This document shows positions 13,336-27,439 of a stretch of 64,000 nucleotides of DNA, in pieces. Position 1 is the first letter of the stretch, and every line of letters begins with the position of its first letter. The stretch lies in the NCBI GenBank assembly GCA_048128005.1, contig JBEUKZ010000014.1, forward strand, positions 124,001 to 188,000, read 5' to 3'. This DNA comes from Veleropilina oligotropha (taxonomy: Eukaryota). The position numbers and the translations under genes were made by a program. Below the pieces are notes generated by a model. The model was not told the origin of the DNA. It saw nothing but the letters and a program-made list of their open reading frames with translations, and searched no databases.

Positions 13336-14612
13336 CACAGGACTTTATTTACCTTTAAACTTATTTTATTACGTTTTTAAACACATTTCTTTATGTTTTT
13401 AAACTCATTTCTGTCATTAATTTCAGTCATTAAACGGCCTGCCTCAGACGCATCACGTGCCACCTAATCAACTTGGCGCCAGATGCAACGACATGGCATC
13501 ATGCTCGCCCTCATTTGCATACTTATGCCACGTGTCTTTTCGTATCGAATTTTATGGAACGGCTTCTACCATTCCATAACAGCTTTGTCATGTGATAAAC
13601 TAATATCGAATAGAAAATTCGTATTGAAAATTCCAGGCAATGTGGCCGCAATCACGATGAACAGTAATGTTTTATTTTATCAATTAGTCAAGTTCTGGAT
13701 TTACGATAAACACAATGTTTCGTAAAGATTAAAATTACAACGCGGTTATGTAAGGTAGGCACAAATGTTACCTTTGATTTTAACCTAGAACGGATAGCAT
13801 GGTGGTGACTCGGCGTCATTTATGAAGGTGGTGTTCACCTAAAAATCGCAACACGATTCTGTAAGGTAGACACAACACACCTTGATTTTGATATAGAACG
13901 GACAACCGGGCGGTCACAGTCACTTATGGAGGTAGTGACTACATAAAAATTCACATATAACAACGTTCATTATGAAGTGCATGACTAAATGAAATGAACC
14001 AGGCAATCATAAAATATATCATTTATTTATTGAACAAATATTTAAATAGTAACATAAACTACAGAAATACGATATACCATTTCGAGTAGCTTGGTCCAAT
14101 TCAATCCAGATCGAACGCGATCCTTTATGATTTCTGGTATCCACGTTTGTTATTCTAAAATAAAAATAAAATAAATGTGCATCAAAACTGGAAATGTACT
14201 TGCGCAAATCGACGCCTTAAGACAACAATCTTGTAACTGGGATATGAACGACTTATTATTACAATTTTGTCAGTCTGATTATCATGTAGATTACATTTAT
14301 AAAATTTGATAGAGGCACATTGATATAGATTAATATTGGGGATGGGGAGATCTAAAGCGCATTTGTCTTTTATGTATTATTAATTCCGGACAAGATCGAG
14401 GCAGATTCATGATTTTTTATTTGAATTGTGACGGTTCTGTAATCTGTGATTTAAAAACATGATCACAGTAATGGAAAGTAGTGAGTTATAGCAAATGGCA
14501 TTATGCATGTGTGCAGATATGCATAACTTATCTCGTCTAAGGCCCCATCTACATCAACAATACCGGTACACGTTTTGTCGAAGAGTCAACATGGCTTCAG
14601 CGTAATAATGTC

Positions 14613-14797
14613 GCATCGGTAGCCGAGTGGATTAGAGTGCGGTCTCATAATTCACTTCCTTTACTGCTCTGACTATCAGGAGTGGGATCGAACATTGGCG
14701 GAAGTATTCTTGATCAGTCAATAGTCCCAGATACTGTCCTGTGAGGTTGGATTTTTCAGGGAGATAAAAAGGGCATGTTCAGGTTTGAACCTAAAGG
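14613..14797 (+). mobile_element. Diverged SINE related to family B (duplicated at 16800..16984)
   Basis: tagccgagtgg A-box, aattcact, ggagtgggatcgaac B-box-like. Confidence 0.5.
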
Positions 14798-15559
14798 TAA
14801 CTGGTTGTTATTGTTCCGTGAACGTTGATACGGGGTCGTACCTTAGTATGATTTCATCGCGACGTATGGGCCTAAATACGTTGAATAATCAACGTTGTTT
14901 CAGCGTGAAAATTCGACGTCGACCTAACGTTGATCTTTGGACGTCGCAGCGACGTTGTACAACGACGCACACTTGCCTGATCACATGCGGGTGCATATAC
15001 ACAGACACTCGCGCACGATAGATGACGCGTGGACGTGTAGGAATGGCAGACTTTAGTAGTTGTTAACTTTACTCACAGAAATAACCGATATCAAACAAAA
15101 TTTCTGTCAAGGTTAACGCCAATCATAAAGATATGTAAGTAAATATTGGTAAGTTTTAACAACAATAAGTATAAAATATGCTAAAGCAAACCGCTTATAG
15201 TACATGTAGATAGTTTGGCGGTCTCTATTATTTATGAAAGTTATCATTTAATTATTTCTAATTAAGTGTGCATGATAAATCATACTTAATCCTTTGGGGT
15301 GTGCAATAAACAACTGAAAGGTCATGTGCCAATTTTTAAACAAATGCTTAAATAAACCATAGCAATCGTAAATAATGATTACTATTTCTTTTATCCACAA
15401 TAAACAAACAAACTACACACTTTCTAACGATGGATGGCTGTACTTACTCGCAAAAAATACTGGATGCAAATAATTCACACATCGACGGATACATCTTTTG
15501 GTTGCCATCTTGATATACATGACGTATCTCGCAAAGCGTGCCGGGATATTGGTTGTGGC

Positions 15560-16523
15560 GTCGACGTTATTTCAACGTCGTACTAACGTAATATTTTAGA
15601 CGTCGGTATAATGTTGTTATACGGACGTCGGGACATCGCAGCGAAATAGTCACATTGAACCTTTAAATATATAATATATATTGTAACGACGTAAATCCAT
15701 CCAAAAATCAACGCTGTTTCAACCACTTCGAAAAACAGCGCATCGGTGGATGTGTAGTTAGCGCGTCGATCATTCAACCGATAAGCTATTAAAATAAATG
15801 GATTCGATTTGGGACCTATAGCACGGCTCGTATTACCGAAATATTAAAGCGTATACGGTAGGCCTATATATCGATTAGATCGGAGTGAGATCTTGAACGG
15901 TGTAGCGACACTGTAATTTTGTATAATGTCGTTACGAATCAAACGAATAATCAACGTTGTTTCAACGATATATTTTACATCGTTATAACGTTGTGCGTCA
16001 TTATACCATCGCGTACTTTCGTTGAAAAGTAAACATGTCGAATAATGTAAGATGTTTTAAACGTGAGAATTCAACGTCGAAATAACGTTGTTCATCGGAC
16101 GTTGTGGCGACATTGCACCTTTGTATATTATCGTCGCAACGTAAATACATCAAATAATTAACGTTGGAACCACGTTAGTATTCGACGTCGATATAACGCT
16201 GTCCCTGATACGTTGTAGCGACATTGTGTCTTTGTATAATTTTGTCGCGACTTAAATATATCGAATAATTAACGTTGGAACAACGTTATAATTCGACGTC
16301 AATATAATGTCGCTGATGGGACGTCCTATGGATATCGTATCTTTGTTTAATTTCGTCGAAACGTAAATCCATCGAATAATCAACGTTGTTTCAACGTGAT
16401 AATTCGACATCGATATAACGTTGCTGAACTGACGTCGTAGTGACATTGAATGTATGTTATACGACGTCGCGACGCATATTCGACTAGTAATCAGCGTTGT
16501 ACCGACGTCCTGTGCCGGCTGGG
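15560..16523 (-). mobile_element. AACGTT-rich element end with 111-bp tandem subterminal repeats and CTGGG terminus (duplicated at ~17750..18725)
   Basis: atc.aataat.aacgttg recurs at 16149, 16260 and 16371. Ends tgtgccggctggg, whose reverse complement resembles the 12155 terminus. Confidence 0.65.
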
Positions 16524-16764
16524 AAGATGGTAGAGTTGATATGTACTTTATTACATAAATAAATTCTACATGATCGGCATACGTGAAAAATATTACCATC
16601 AATATCAAGCCGAGTGACTATAGCGAACCACGCAATTTCTTCAAGATGGGCAGATTTCCGCCCATAGTTCAAAACTGGACGTACAAGTGAATGAAACGTG
16701 CTCAACTGCGTCTCGATTGGATCTAATATTTTGTATACATGTATAACTTCGCGGCGTAAATTTT

Positions 16765-18923
16765 TCGAAGAGTCAACATGGCTTCAGCGTAATAATGTCG
16801 CATCGGTAGCCGAGTGGATTAGAGTGCGGTCTCATAATTCACTTCCTTTACTGCTCTGACTATCAGGAGTGGGATCGAACATTGGCGGAAGTATTCTTGA
16901 TCAGTCAATAGTCCCAGATACTGTCCTGTGAGGTTGGATTTTTCAGGGAGATAAAAAGGGCATGTTCAGGTTTGAACCTAAAGGTAACTGGTTGTTATTG
17001 TTCCGTGAACGTTGATACGGGGTTGTACCTTAGTATGATTTCATCGCGACGTATGGGCCTAAATACGTTGAATAATCAACGTTGTTTCAGCGTGAAAATT
17101 CGACGTCGACCTAACGTTGATCTTTGGACGTCGCAGCGACGTTGTACAACGACGCACACTTGCCTGATCACATGCGGGTGCATATACACAGACACTCGCG
17201 CACGATAGATGACGCGTGGACGTGTAGGAATGGCAGACTTTAGTAGTTGTTAACTTCACTCACAGAAATAACCGATATCAAACAAAATTTCTGTCAAGGT
17301 TAACGCCAATCATAAAGATATGTAAGTAAATATTGGTAAGTTTTAACAACAATAAGTATAAAATATGCTAAAGCAAACCGCTTATAGTACATGTACATAG
17401 TTTGGCGGTCTCTATTATTTATGAAAGTTATCATTTAATTATTTCTAATTAAGTGTGCATGATAAATCATACTTAATCCTTTGGGGTGTGCAATAAACAA
17501 CTGAAAGGTCATGTGCCAATTTTTAAACAAATGCTTAAATAAACCATAGCAATCGTAAATAATGATTACTATTTCTTTTATCCACAATAAACAAACAAAC
17601 TACACACTTTCTAACGATGGATGGCTGTACTTACTCGCAAAAAATACTGGATGCAAATAATTCACACATCGACGGATACATCTTTTGGTTGCCATCTTGA
17701 TATACATGACGTATCTCGCAAAGCGTGCCGGGATATTGGTTGTGGCGTCGACGTTATTTCAACGTCGTACTAACGTAATATTTTAGACGTCGGTATAATG
17801 TTGTTATACGGACGTCGGGACATCGCAGCGAAATAGTCACATTGAACCTTTAAATATTTAATATATATTGTAACGACGTAAATCCATCCAAAAATCAACG
17901 CTGTTTCAACCACTTCGAAAAACAGCGCATCGGTGGATGTGTAGTTAGCGCGTCGATCATTCAACCGATAAGCTATTAAAATAAATGGATTCGATTTGGG
18001 ACCTATAGCACGGCTCGTATTACCGAAATATTAAAGCGTATACGGTAGGCCTATATATCGATTAGATCGGAGTGAGATCTTGAACGGTGTAGCGACACTG
18101 TAATTTTGTATAATGTCGTTACGAATCAAACGAATAATCAACGTTGTTTCAACGATATATTTTACATCGTTATAACGTTGTTTCTTGGACGTTGTAGCGT
18201 CATTATACCATCGCGTACTTTCGTTGAAAAGTAAACATGTCGAATAATGTAAGATGTTTTAAACGTGAGAATTCAACGTCGAAATAACGTTGTTCATCGG
18301 ACGTTGTGGCGACATTGCACCTTTGTATATTATCGTCGCAACGTAAATACATCAAATAATTAACGTTGGAACCACGTTAGTATTCGACGTCGATATAACG
18401 CTGTCCCTGATACGTTGTGGCGACATTGTGTCTTTGTATAATTTTGTCGCGACTTAAATATATCGAATAATTAACGTTGGAACAACGTTATAATTCGACG
18501 TCAATATAATGTCGCTGATGGGACGTCCTATGGATATCGTATCTTTGTTTAATTTCGTCGAAACGTAAATCCATCGAATAATCAACGTTGTTTCAACGTG
18601 ATAATTCGACATCGATATAACGTTGCTGAACTGACGTCGTAGTGACATTGAATGTATGTTATACGACGTCGCGACGCATATTCGACTAGTAATCAGCGTT
18701 GTACCGACGTCCTGTGCCGGCTGGGAAGATGGTAGAGTTGATGTGTACTTTATTACATAAATAAATTCTACATGATCGGCATACGTGAAAAATATTACCA
18801 TCAATATCAAGCCGAGTGACTATAGCGAACCACGCAATTTCTTCAAGATGGGCAGATTTCCGCCCATAGTTCAAAACTGGACGTACAAGTGAATGAAACG
18901 TGCTCAACTGCGTCTCGATTGGA
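16765..18923 (+). repeat. Tandem segmental duplication, copy 2
   Basis: See copy 1. Contains the extra 15 bp ttcttggacgttgta near 18182. Confidence 0.97.
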
Positions 18924-19457
18924 AAATTATAATTGTTTAGTATTTGGTTCAAACCTTCAAGTATACACATGTGGGTGGCCGTTGCATAGTGCATGGAAAA
19001 TCTCTGCTCAACGCTGCTGTTAACGATCTCTTGATTATATAATCCTTATCCAGTGGCCAATTTTCAACCCGCTCCAGATAACGATAGCTCATCGTGCCGA
19101 TAACGCGCCGAAAAGTTACATAATCGACACAGCGGTCGAGAGGTTCGACACTTTCTGTCTAAACAAGCGATTACACAAATTTACATCACATGGACTTGTG
19201 CAGTAAATTTTATAATTCAATCTACGATATACAGACAGAACTGGGATCATAAAGTGGATGATGATATCTTTAGAGACGCAGTTATCTCAAAATAGAAAAT
19301 CACCTCTTACTGTATATTTCGAATAATTTGTTACAATATGTAGGAAATAATCTTGACCCTGGTTTACTGCTACGCGAAATATGCAAAATATTGGACAAAC
19401 GATAAGCATGAAGCAAATATTTTAGCGTGCGGGGCACGGGTTAAGTTTCTTTAGAGA

Positions 19458-20870
19458 AACTAGCCAGTGCCCGTGGGGTAATTAAATCTCTAGACGCCCA
19501 AATCAGTGAGGTATTGATCTTTCATCCCCTAAATCAATAGGGGCACTTCCTGACACCTGGGGAGTGTGCGTGTATGTGAAGTACCCACTGTACTATTATA
19601 ATATTTTGGTCTGTCAGATAAAAAATTTGTAGTTAATTTTTGATATGTAGTTTGTGGTATGTTGAAATCCGGGGTTGAAAGTCAAATGAAATTAACTGAT
19701 TTTGGAAGAAAAATACATTGGGAAATGAATTTGTATGTGCTAGTCGAGGCTTTTACACCGACAGATTTTTACAAATATTCGAACGTTGGTTTCCAGTGCA
19801 AAAGCACGTTGAAATCAACTCGTTGTTTCAATGACGAATTTATATTGTACCGTACTTTCCCGGCATAAAAAATACGTAGGCTTTTAAAAACATGTTAATC
19901 ATTTAATAAAGGAAAATACAATAGACTCGTCGCTTCAATGACGATTGACTCGTCGTTTCAATGACGATTGTCTATAGTACCGTACTTTTCCCATCAAATA
20001 ATAAATTATCTTTGTTGAAGCATATTGTGTTTAATGTATTACTTCCCTTTGTATCTTTGCATTTGTTTTGGGCAGAGTTCAATGGAAGTAAACGTTAGAT
20101 AACGTTACCTAACGTTAGCTAACTATTCAAGTTGAACGGTTTTCTGAACAAAAATTGAGCAAAATAGAACGGTCAGCAGACACTGTGTGTTTGCCAGGAA
20201 ATAAAAAAAATTGAAATACATGCGAAGACGTCGAATAGTCTGAATAATACTTAACTAAAAGTTAATCTATCATAATAATGCTATTAAATGTCTATGTATT
20301 TATCTTATTTTTTTGCTCTCTGCTGTCTTGCATTGTAAATAACAACTTTGGTCGAACATGGAGGGGGGGGGGTTAATTTAATTTGCAACGGTTATGTGCA
20401 GTAAAATTCATTCTATACCTAATGAAGTTAATATTAATAGTTAAATGGGTTATCTACAACACGTATATGTTCAATAATAACAGCAGTATGGAATTAATAT
20501 GCAGATGCAAAATATGTATTCTTGTACTTTCTAAATTACTTGTTTATTTAGAGACTTGATTTGTTCGTAAAACGAAAATTATCACCTGTCGTTCATTATC
20601 CCAAGAAGCGTTAGGTAACGTTAGCTAACGTTAGCTACTATTGAACTTGCCCTTAGCGCTATGTTTTCGGAAAAATGCTAAAAAAACATCCTTAATCTAT
20701 ATCCGTTGGCATTGTACTTTGGATATGCACTCCCGGGGGTGGCCAGCCATACACCCACCAACTTTGAAGACAATCGAGTCGACGGTTCTCGAGATATTTG
20801 AAGGACAAACAAACAAACAAACAAACAAACAAATCCACAGAGATTTGCGGAATTAATAGAAGGATGTTAG
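19458..20870 (+). mobile_element. Probable non-autonomous Helitron-like repeat interrupted by other insertions
   Basis: Begins actagccagtgcccgt and ends with (acaa)n followed by ttaatagaaggat, a layout typical of invertebrate non-autonomous Helitron-type repeats. Confidence 0.4.
20070..20652. mobile_element. MITE with ~45-bp TIRs (GGGC...GCCC termini, PIF/Harbinger-like)
   Basis: gggcagagttcaatggaagtaaacgttagataacgttacctaacg matches the reverse complement of cgttaggtaacgttagctaacgttagctactattgaacttgccc; followed by TTA. Confidence 0.75.
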
Positions 20871-23019
20871 ATTGCTGAAATGCTGAAGATTAAGGCACGA
20901 TTTCTTGTCGATGGTTTAACCGCCAATCGCAGTTGAACCGTGCTTTAAGTGGGGTTCAAATTCAATTTCCATTTCTCGTCGCCGACTTAAAGTCGAACAG
21001 CGGTTGAAGTCGAGCAAATGTTAAACCGTCAATATCGGCGATTTAAAAAAATAAACCACGGATCAATGACTCCGATATCGACATAATGGAGCTGCTTCGA
21101 TAAGAAATGCGCGTTGTACTATTTTTATAGACATACTGGATTTTATTGAGCTATTTCAGTTACTCAGGCTGATAATAACAATATGACTCCAAGGAAAATC
21201 TGAAAATAAAAAAACCAGAGACGAAATGAAAAATTAAAACAAATAGCAATTATAGTTTTATTATTTGGGGATTATAGCCAAATATTGTATCACGATATAG
21301 TATTTGATTCATAGGCTATTAAAATTACAAAATAATTATTTGCATTCCATAAAGTTTTATTTTAATAAACGCTGCATGCCAATGAACGAAATTATATTAA
21401 AACACGCTATTATAGATCTGCTCTTTTACATTCCAAATGAATTTATTGGGACATTTCTTACTCACTGGTTGCGATGCTCATATAGAATAATATCTACAAT
21501 ATTAAAGAGCCTATGACATCTGCTTTAATACACGTAATGGTATATATGGCACGAAAGATGGAACCATGTAGTATTTATTTGCGTAGTTTCATAACATTTG
21601 GTTACTTAGTTATTTTTTAAAACTGAAATGAAATTACGAATTGGAACTCTTCAATGACAACGCCCACTTTATTTCGTCCGCCATCTTGAAACGTCACTAC
21701 CGTCAATCGACTTGTAAACAATGGCGTCGACCAGCGCGACTGTCGTTATCGAGGAGTGTGAAATACTTAATTCTGACTTCGACACGAACCTTTTAATGGA
21801 AATTTTGCTTTGCGAATCCGAGACGGGACCATAATTATATGGCTTACATAAGCGGTTAGGTATTGAACATTAAATATTTTGAAAAAGACTAAGAAGAAGC
21901 GACCGTATCCGACTCGGAGGAAAATTGTTTATGGGGCGAGTATGGCAGGTACAACCTAGCAGACGCTTACAAAACAACGAATGGCACGTGAGTAAATAGT
22001 GTATGCTAATTCGAAAATATCGATTAAATATAATTTACTTAGCGTAAATTCCAACAATTTCCTTATTTTACACGTAAACAAAAACATTTCAAACATAGCT
22101 TGGGCCCCCCGACTAAACTTCCATATTCGCGCAGGGAGTCACGGAGCTCGCAGCGATGTTAGTAATTAGTATTTTTTTAAATCTGGAGTAATATTTTTTT
22201 TATTTCTACTAACCCAGATCACTAAAGGTTATATTATTGGATTCATATTATTAATGCAATCTCCCTCTCTCTCTGTATCACGAATAGGGAGACAACTCTA
22301 GTGACTTGCGTTTGTGTAGGTTTCCTCAAAATATTTTTTCATTTGATCAGAATATTTCTCTTCAAGGTAAGGTCAATGCGATTTTCTGTTTCCATAATTA
22401 TATAGCAAATCTGTAACCTGTTGAAAACAAAATGTGACAAGATGCATTTCACTGTAAGAAGAAATGCCGCTTGGAACGCGATATATTAGGTCAATATTTG
22501 ATGTTCAAGGATTGACATTTAAAATGTTAACTAATAACGTCACTAATATTTGTTACGTAATTTTATCAACTTAAATTTTGTTTTGATGCAACTGCGTGCT
22601 ACTAGTTTTATTATATTTAACAGTAATTAAGTATATTGTGTAAGGTACCGTACGGTATCCTGTGACATGGTTCAATCTACTTACCTGATGGTGCAGATTT
22701 GTCGGTGTGGGTACCCTTCACGATCAAGGACAGACAATTCAGAGTTACATGTATATGTACTTATAATACCGACATTCCCAATTGGCAATATGACAATAGA
22801 TTCTAAATCAAATCTCATGCTTTCAATGACGATTCATGTTGTTTTGTAATCTAGTTCCCTGTATGCAACCTTATTGTATTCTTGTCCCTTTTTTTTCTGA
22901 ATGTTCAAAACCGGTCGATAATATTTTGGAACTATCAGTAACAGTGCTGACATGGGAGTTTTTACAGGTCATTATTGGACATATCCAGATGACATTACAT
23001 TGTGCTAAATGAGTTCAAG

Positions 23020-23172
23020 TTAAGAATCATAGTTGTCCGTAACTGGTCGGAGAGGGCGGGCTTCCCCGGGCGACCAGGCTTTCTTTCCGCGATAATACGG
23101 ACATGTCCTGCTTTGAACCAAATGATGGTTGGAAATATACAGCCAGGACATTAGGCATCGATCCTTTCCTTT
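23020..23172 (+). mobile_element. SINE family B, 3' half
   Basis: gaatcatagttgtccgtaactggtc...ccgggcgaccagg...cgcgataatacggac...ggacatta aligns with 26790-26915. Confidence 0.8.
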
Positions 23173-24354
23173 TTTGTGCTAAATGAGACAATAAAACTCA
23201 TTTAATATCAATCTAAAGCAAACCATACGATATCGTATGATAATGTAAATGAAGTAAGCTGTTAATTTCCAGAGCAGGATATTTGGACTATGCTGATCGA
23301 TTATAGTATTATATGCTGTTGTATCATCCCGATTGCAATGTGTGTACCCAAGATGTTTATCAGGCTTTTACTAATCGGATTAATCCACATTTAGCAAGTT
23401 GGGAAAAACTCAATCACAGAGTATCCATTCCATGAAGAAGATAATTATAATTTACACATTATATTTATTTCCTTGAATATTTGTTGATGTCGGCTCCACT
23501 GAAATCATGCTACTTGCTTTATAACATCGTCTTCGTTACTTCCATGACCTCAGTCATTCATTAACAAGATTTGATTTCATGTTTTTGTACAGATAGAAGC
23601 AGCACACGTGATATCTGCAATTCGTGCTATGGTGCTACAAATACCTTGGAAGGTACAACATAATTCCTGTCTGTCATCATCGTAGTCTATGTAATCACTG
23701 TCAAGCAGACGTTTTCCGAAGATAACTATTAGTATTACCATATTGTATCAATTATGGTAAGAATGCTTTGCAGATAAAATGAAGACCATGGCATGCACCA
23801 AAAGTGTTAAAATGAACTTATGCTTAGATATTGCATATAAATATAGATAATCAATTTAAAATTGGTAATATTCATTTTTTGTTGCGTTAAAATGCATTTT
23901 AATGATAATATAATTTTCATTATGTTGTATCAGAAAACAAAAAGTGTTGTGTAAAATATTTATTGTCCAGGAGTTAACAAAAGTATCCTCTCCAAAGTGT
24001 TTCCCTAGGCACACATGATCTTTATATCTACATTGGCACAAGTTACATTGTTTCATTAACACTAGTATGTTCTCCAAAGTGTTTTCAAGACAGCATGATC
24101 TCACATAACTAATAATATTATTTATGTACACACAAGCTTAAACATTGAATGCATGATTACATCGTTGCCCATAATGTTTTACAAAATATGTCCTCCAAGC
24201 ATAAATTTGGATAATAAATTCTATTAACAGTCCAATCCCTGCAGTTGGCCTCTGGTACGTGGGCACCTTTCTGAAAATAGAAATTAAAGTAGCATATATA
24301 TATTATATATTGTATATATATTATCATTAATATCTTTTCACCGTTGTTCAACAA

Positions 24355-24577
24355 GGCCACTCCAGTGGTCATGTGGTTTTGAATGCCGACTCTGACAGGA
24401 GTGGGTTCGAACCTCAGTTGGGGCAGTTTCATTCTCCAGTTATCAATTTGCAGTTGTCCATAACTACCTGGAGAGGGCGAGTTCCAGGCGTTCCACAAAC
24501 GATAATATGAAAATGTCCTGCTATTAACCTGAATTTTGACAATATACTGTATTACAGGACATTAAGCAACGATCCAG
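24355..24577 (+). mobile_element. SINE family B, diverged copy
   Basis: ggagtgggttcgaacc B-box, cagttgtccataact, caggacattaagca. A further degenerate copy lies at about 24970..25190. Confidence 0.65.
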
Positions 24578-26674
24578 TCAAATCATTGTTTAATGGCAAA
24601 ACAAAAATTTGCTCTTTGTAATTAATTTGTATTTATTTGTTTATTTTCAGATGTGATGATCATGCCAACTCAATTTTATATCTGCTGGGTATTATTAATA
24701 AATCTACAAAAGTAAATGTTATATAAAATAATTCTAAACAATAAATATTAATATTTATCAATGATGATATATTTATGTAATCAGATTTAGTATACTATTT
24801 CTTGATTGTATTATTCTTGTAAGGTAGCTCTTGTCATCAACTTGGTTGTATTTCCTTGAGCATTAAAATATAGTGATGGTTCCTTTTTAAATTGTTTTGT
24901 ATTTTTAATCTGCATTGCTGATATAATAGTCTTCAAGACCAATGAGTCCATCAATTCCATTATGATACAGGCAGCTGTTAGTGTCGACAGTATATATGAC
25001 TGCTTGTCTGCTCTGATTAATGGGAGTGGCTTTAAATTCTTGGCTGAGTACTTTGTTCAATTGACAGTCACAGTTGTCCATAACTGGCGGTGCGGGCAGG
25101 CTTATCTGATTGACTGGCTTTCCTCACGCAAGAGTTAGGAAATGATCCTGAACGGCTGTAAATTGGTATATTAAGCATCGAGCCAAGCAAATCATTATCA
25201 TTTATGATACAATTTTTCTGTTACAAACAGTTAACAGACTCAAATCATGAATGCATCTTGTTCCTAGTGAGGATATTTGCATTATTTCGGTTGATTATTG
25301 AGAGAAAACTGAGTTCTCTGTAAATATGAAGCAGGATTGCACATGCTTCATTTTAACTATATAAACAAGTGCAAATGGACCATATCCCAAAATTCTGACA
25401 AATACAAGAATTATAATTTATAGTAACTTCGATCCATTTATTTGATTGTTATGCTGATACAATATGAGATGTGTACACTAAGCGCTTCTTACTTCAAATG
25501 CAAACTAGCCTATGTTGAGCATTAATAACTCTTAAATCCACGTCTGAATCTGCTGGTGCACACGAGCGTGGAAATACTAGGGTCAACTTCTGTTTAAAGA
25601 CGCTACATATGTATAAGTCACCTGTCGTCCATATTAAATCGGTAAATGCAGTCACAGTGGGTTTCAATGGATATTCTAGACTATTGGTGATGAATTGATG
25701 TCGAGTTACCACGCCAACTGTATTTCACTCATAAATTGGGTTAATCAACTTTGAATGATGAAATGAATTGATGCTGTGTGCATAGGAGGCAACGATCATA
25801 GGAAAAATTATTTGCACTACCGGAGATTGAACCCAGGCCCTTCTGTTTGTAGACAGCGCCATATCCATTCGGTCATGCTTCTCTCGTCTATGCTATCAGA
25901 TTCATACATGTTAATATGGAATTCAAATATCACCATAGAATTAATAAGTCAAGTGAATCAAATAAAATAATCATGCAATACAGACATACATAAATAGTAA
26001 TGACAATGTTGTTGGGGTGAGATGCAACTCAACACTAAGAAACGATCGGATGATTGTGCTTTAGTTGGCGCTGCGACTTTATCAAGCTTGAATTACGACT
26101 CAGAAAATGTAGAAATCTATAAATACGTTATAAATAAGTTTATAAGTAAAATAAATACATGCAGTATTATCCTAAAGAAGTGTAATCAAGTGTTACATTG
26201 ATCATTATAAGTCACTTCGTAATGAAAATAAAAAAATCGTCATCGACTAGATATTCCAGCATATGTTCTCAGTGGATCATGCATAACCAAATATGTTTAG
26301 AGCAAATTTGTTTTCATTATTAGAACGCAATTAAACAACAGAGGAATATCCTTCTTCCTGATATTTTATACACATGTCCATAAAAAGGCTGATAAAATAT
26401 TAAATACTGCGTGTATTAAACAACATAATTGGTTCATTCAAGCCATTGAATGTGTTTATTTGGTTTTAAATTTAATTAAATTAAAAACACCTGTATTTCT
26501 AATACTTAAATATGCAATCTATCTATCTATACTCCATCACACTATCTCAGGCAAGCTAAGCTAACTAGGACAAATCATCTATGATAAAAATAGTCGCGCT
26601 TGCTTTCAAGCGATACCAACTTGGGGGGAGGGGGGGTAACCTCTGCCGTAACTCAGGCAAGCTATTAAAGCTAA

Positions 26675-26929
26675 CTTCGGCAGCGCAGTGGGTAAGAGTG
26701 TCCACTCTAAATTCACTGGCTTGATTCCGCTAATGCGAACAGTAGTGGGTTCAATACCTGGCTGAGGCATTGACATTTTTCGTTATGAATCACAGTTGTC
26801 CGCGACTGGCCGAAGAGGGAGGGTTTACCCAGGCGACTGGGATTTCCTCCCGCGATAACACGGACTTGTCCTGCCTTGAACCGTGATGTTGTAAATATAG
26901 AGGACATTAAGCATCATTCCTCCCTCCCT
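26675..26929 (+). mobile_element. SINE family B, full-length young copy with target-site duplication
   Basis: A-box cagcgcagtgg, B-box ggttcaatacc, (tccc)n tail. CTAACTT is duplicated at 26671-26677 and 26928-26934. Confidence 0.9.
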
Positions 26930-27439
26930 AACTTGGGCAAAGTTACTTGGATAAAATAGGTATGGTTGCGATCGGCCGATACCAACTTGCCACGAGGGTT
27001 CGAGGTCCATCGGCATGTGGAAAAGCTCTATTATAATAATACAATATGATGACGTGCACATAATTCTTATAGGCGACAATAAACATTTAATTCAAACAAT
27101 TTGTCTATATATCATGACAATATGGTTATACAGTTTAAACACTTACCGATTGTTTATTTTCTTCACGTTGGGGCAAGGTACATCTGGGGTGGGTGAGTGT
27201 TTTCATCGTATATACAATCTGAAATAAAACATAATTTTCATGAAGTCAGTACACTTGTGTTAAACTTTGTGACGGAGTGTATGCTCAAAAGACAACAATT
27301 TATGACCACAACCGTATGAACTTTAACTTCATTAATTAAGTCAAGGAAGTTTGTATTTTTACTTATATATATTTTTCCCAGGTGAATTACTCGGTACATG
27401 TATTTGTTTCATGCTAATATGAAGTACTTTTCGATATAT

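Larger units (their letters stand above)
14578..16721 (+). repeat. Tandem segmental duplication, copy 1
   Basis: Almost identical to 16765..18923. The offset is 2187, becoming 2202 after a 15-bp indel. Confidence 0.97.

Noticed and set aside
14047..14155. Exon-like stretch on the minus strand (ttttag...GTATAT) as a middle caveolin exon
   Set aside because: No caveolin similarity in any frame, and the two identified exons already join with correct motif spacing.
15900..16523. CRISPR-like regular repeats (also 47095..48010 and 36485..36607)
   Set aside because: Whole units are homologous, with no unique spacers. There are no cas genes, and the context is eukaryotic.
21172..22258. Possible TIR element with a short internal ORF (MASTSATVV...)
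   Set aside because: Only a short AT-rich inverted match and a 37-codon frame; not enough support.
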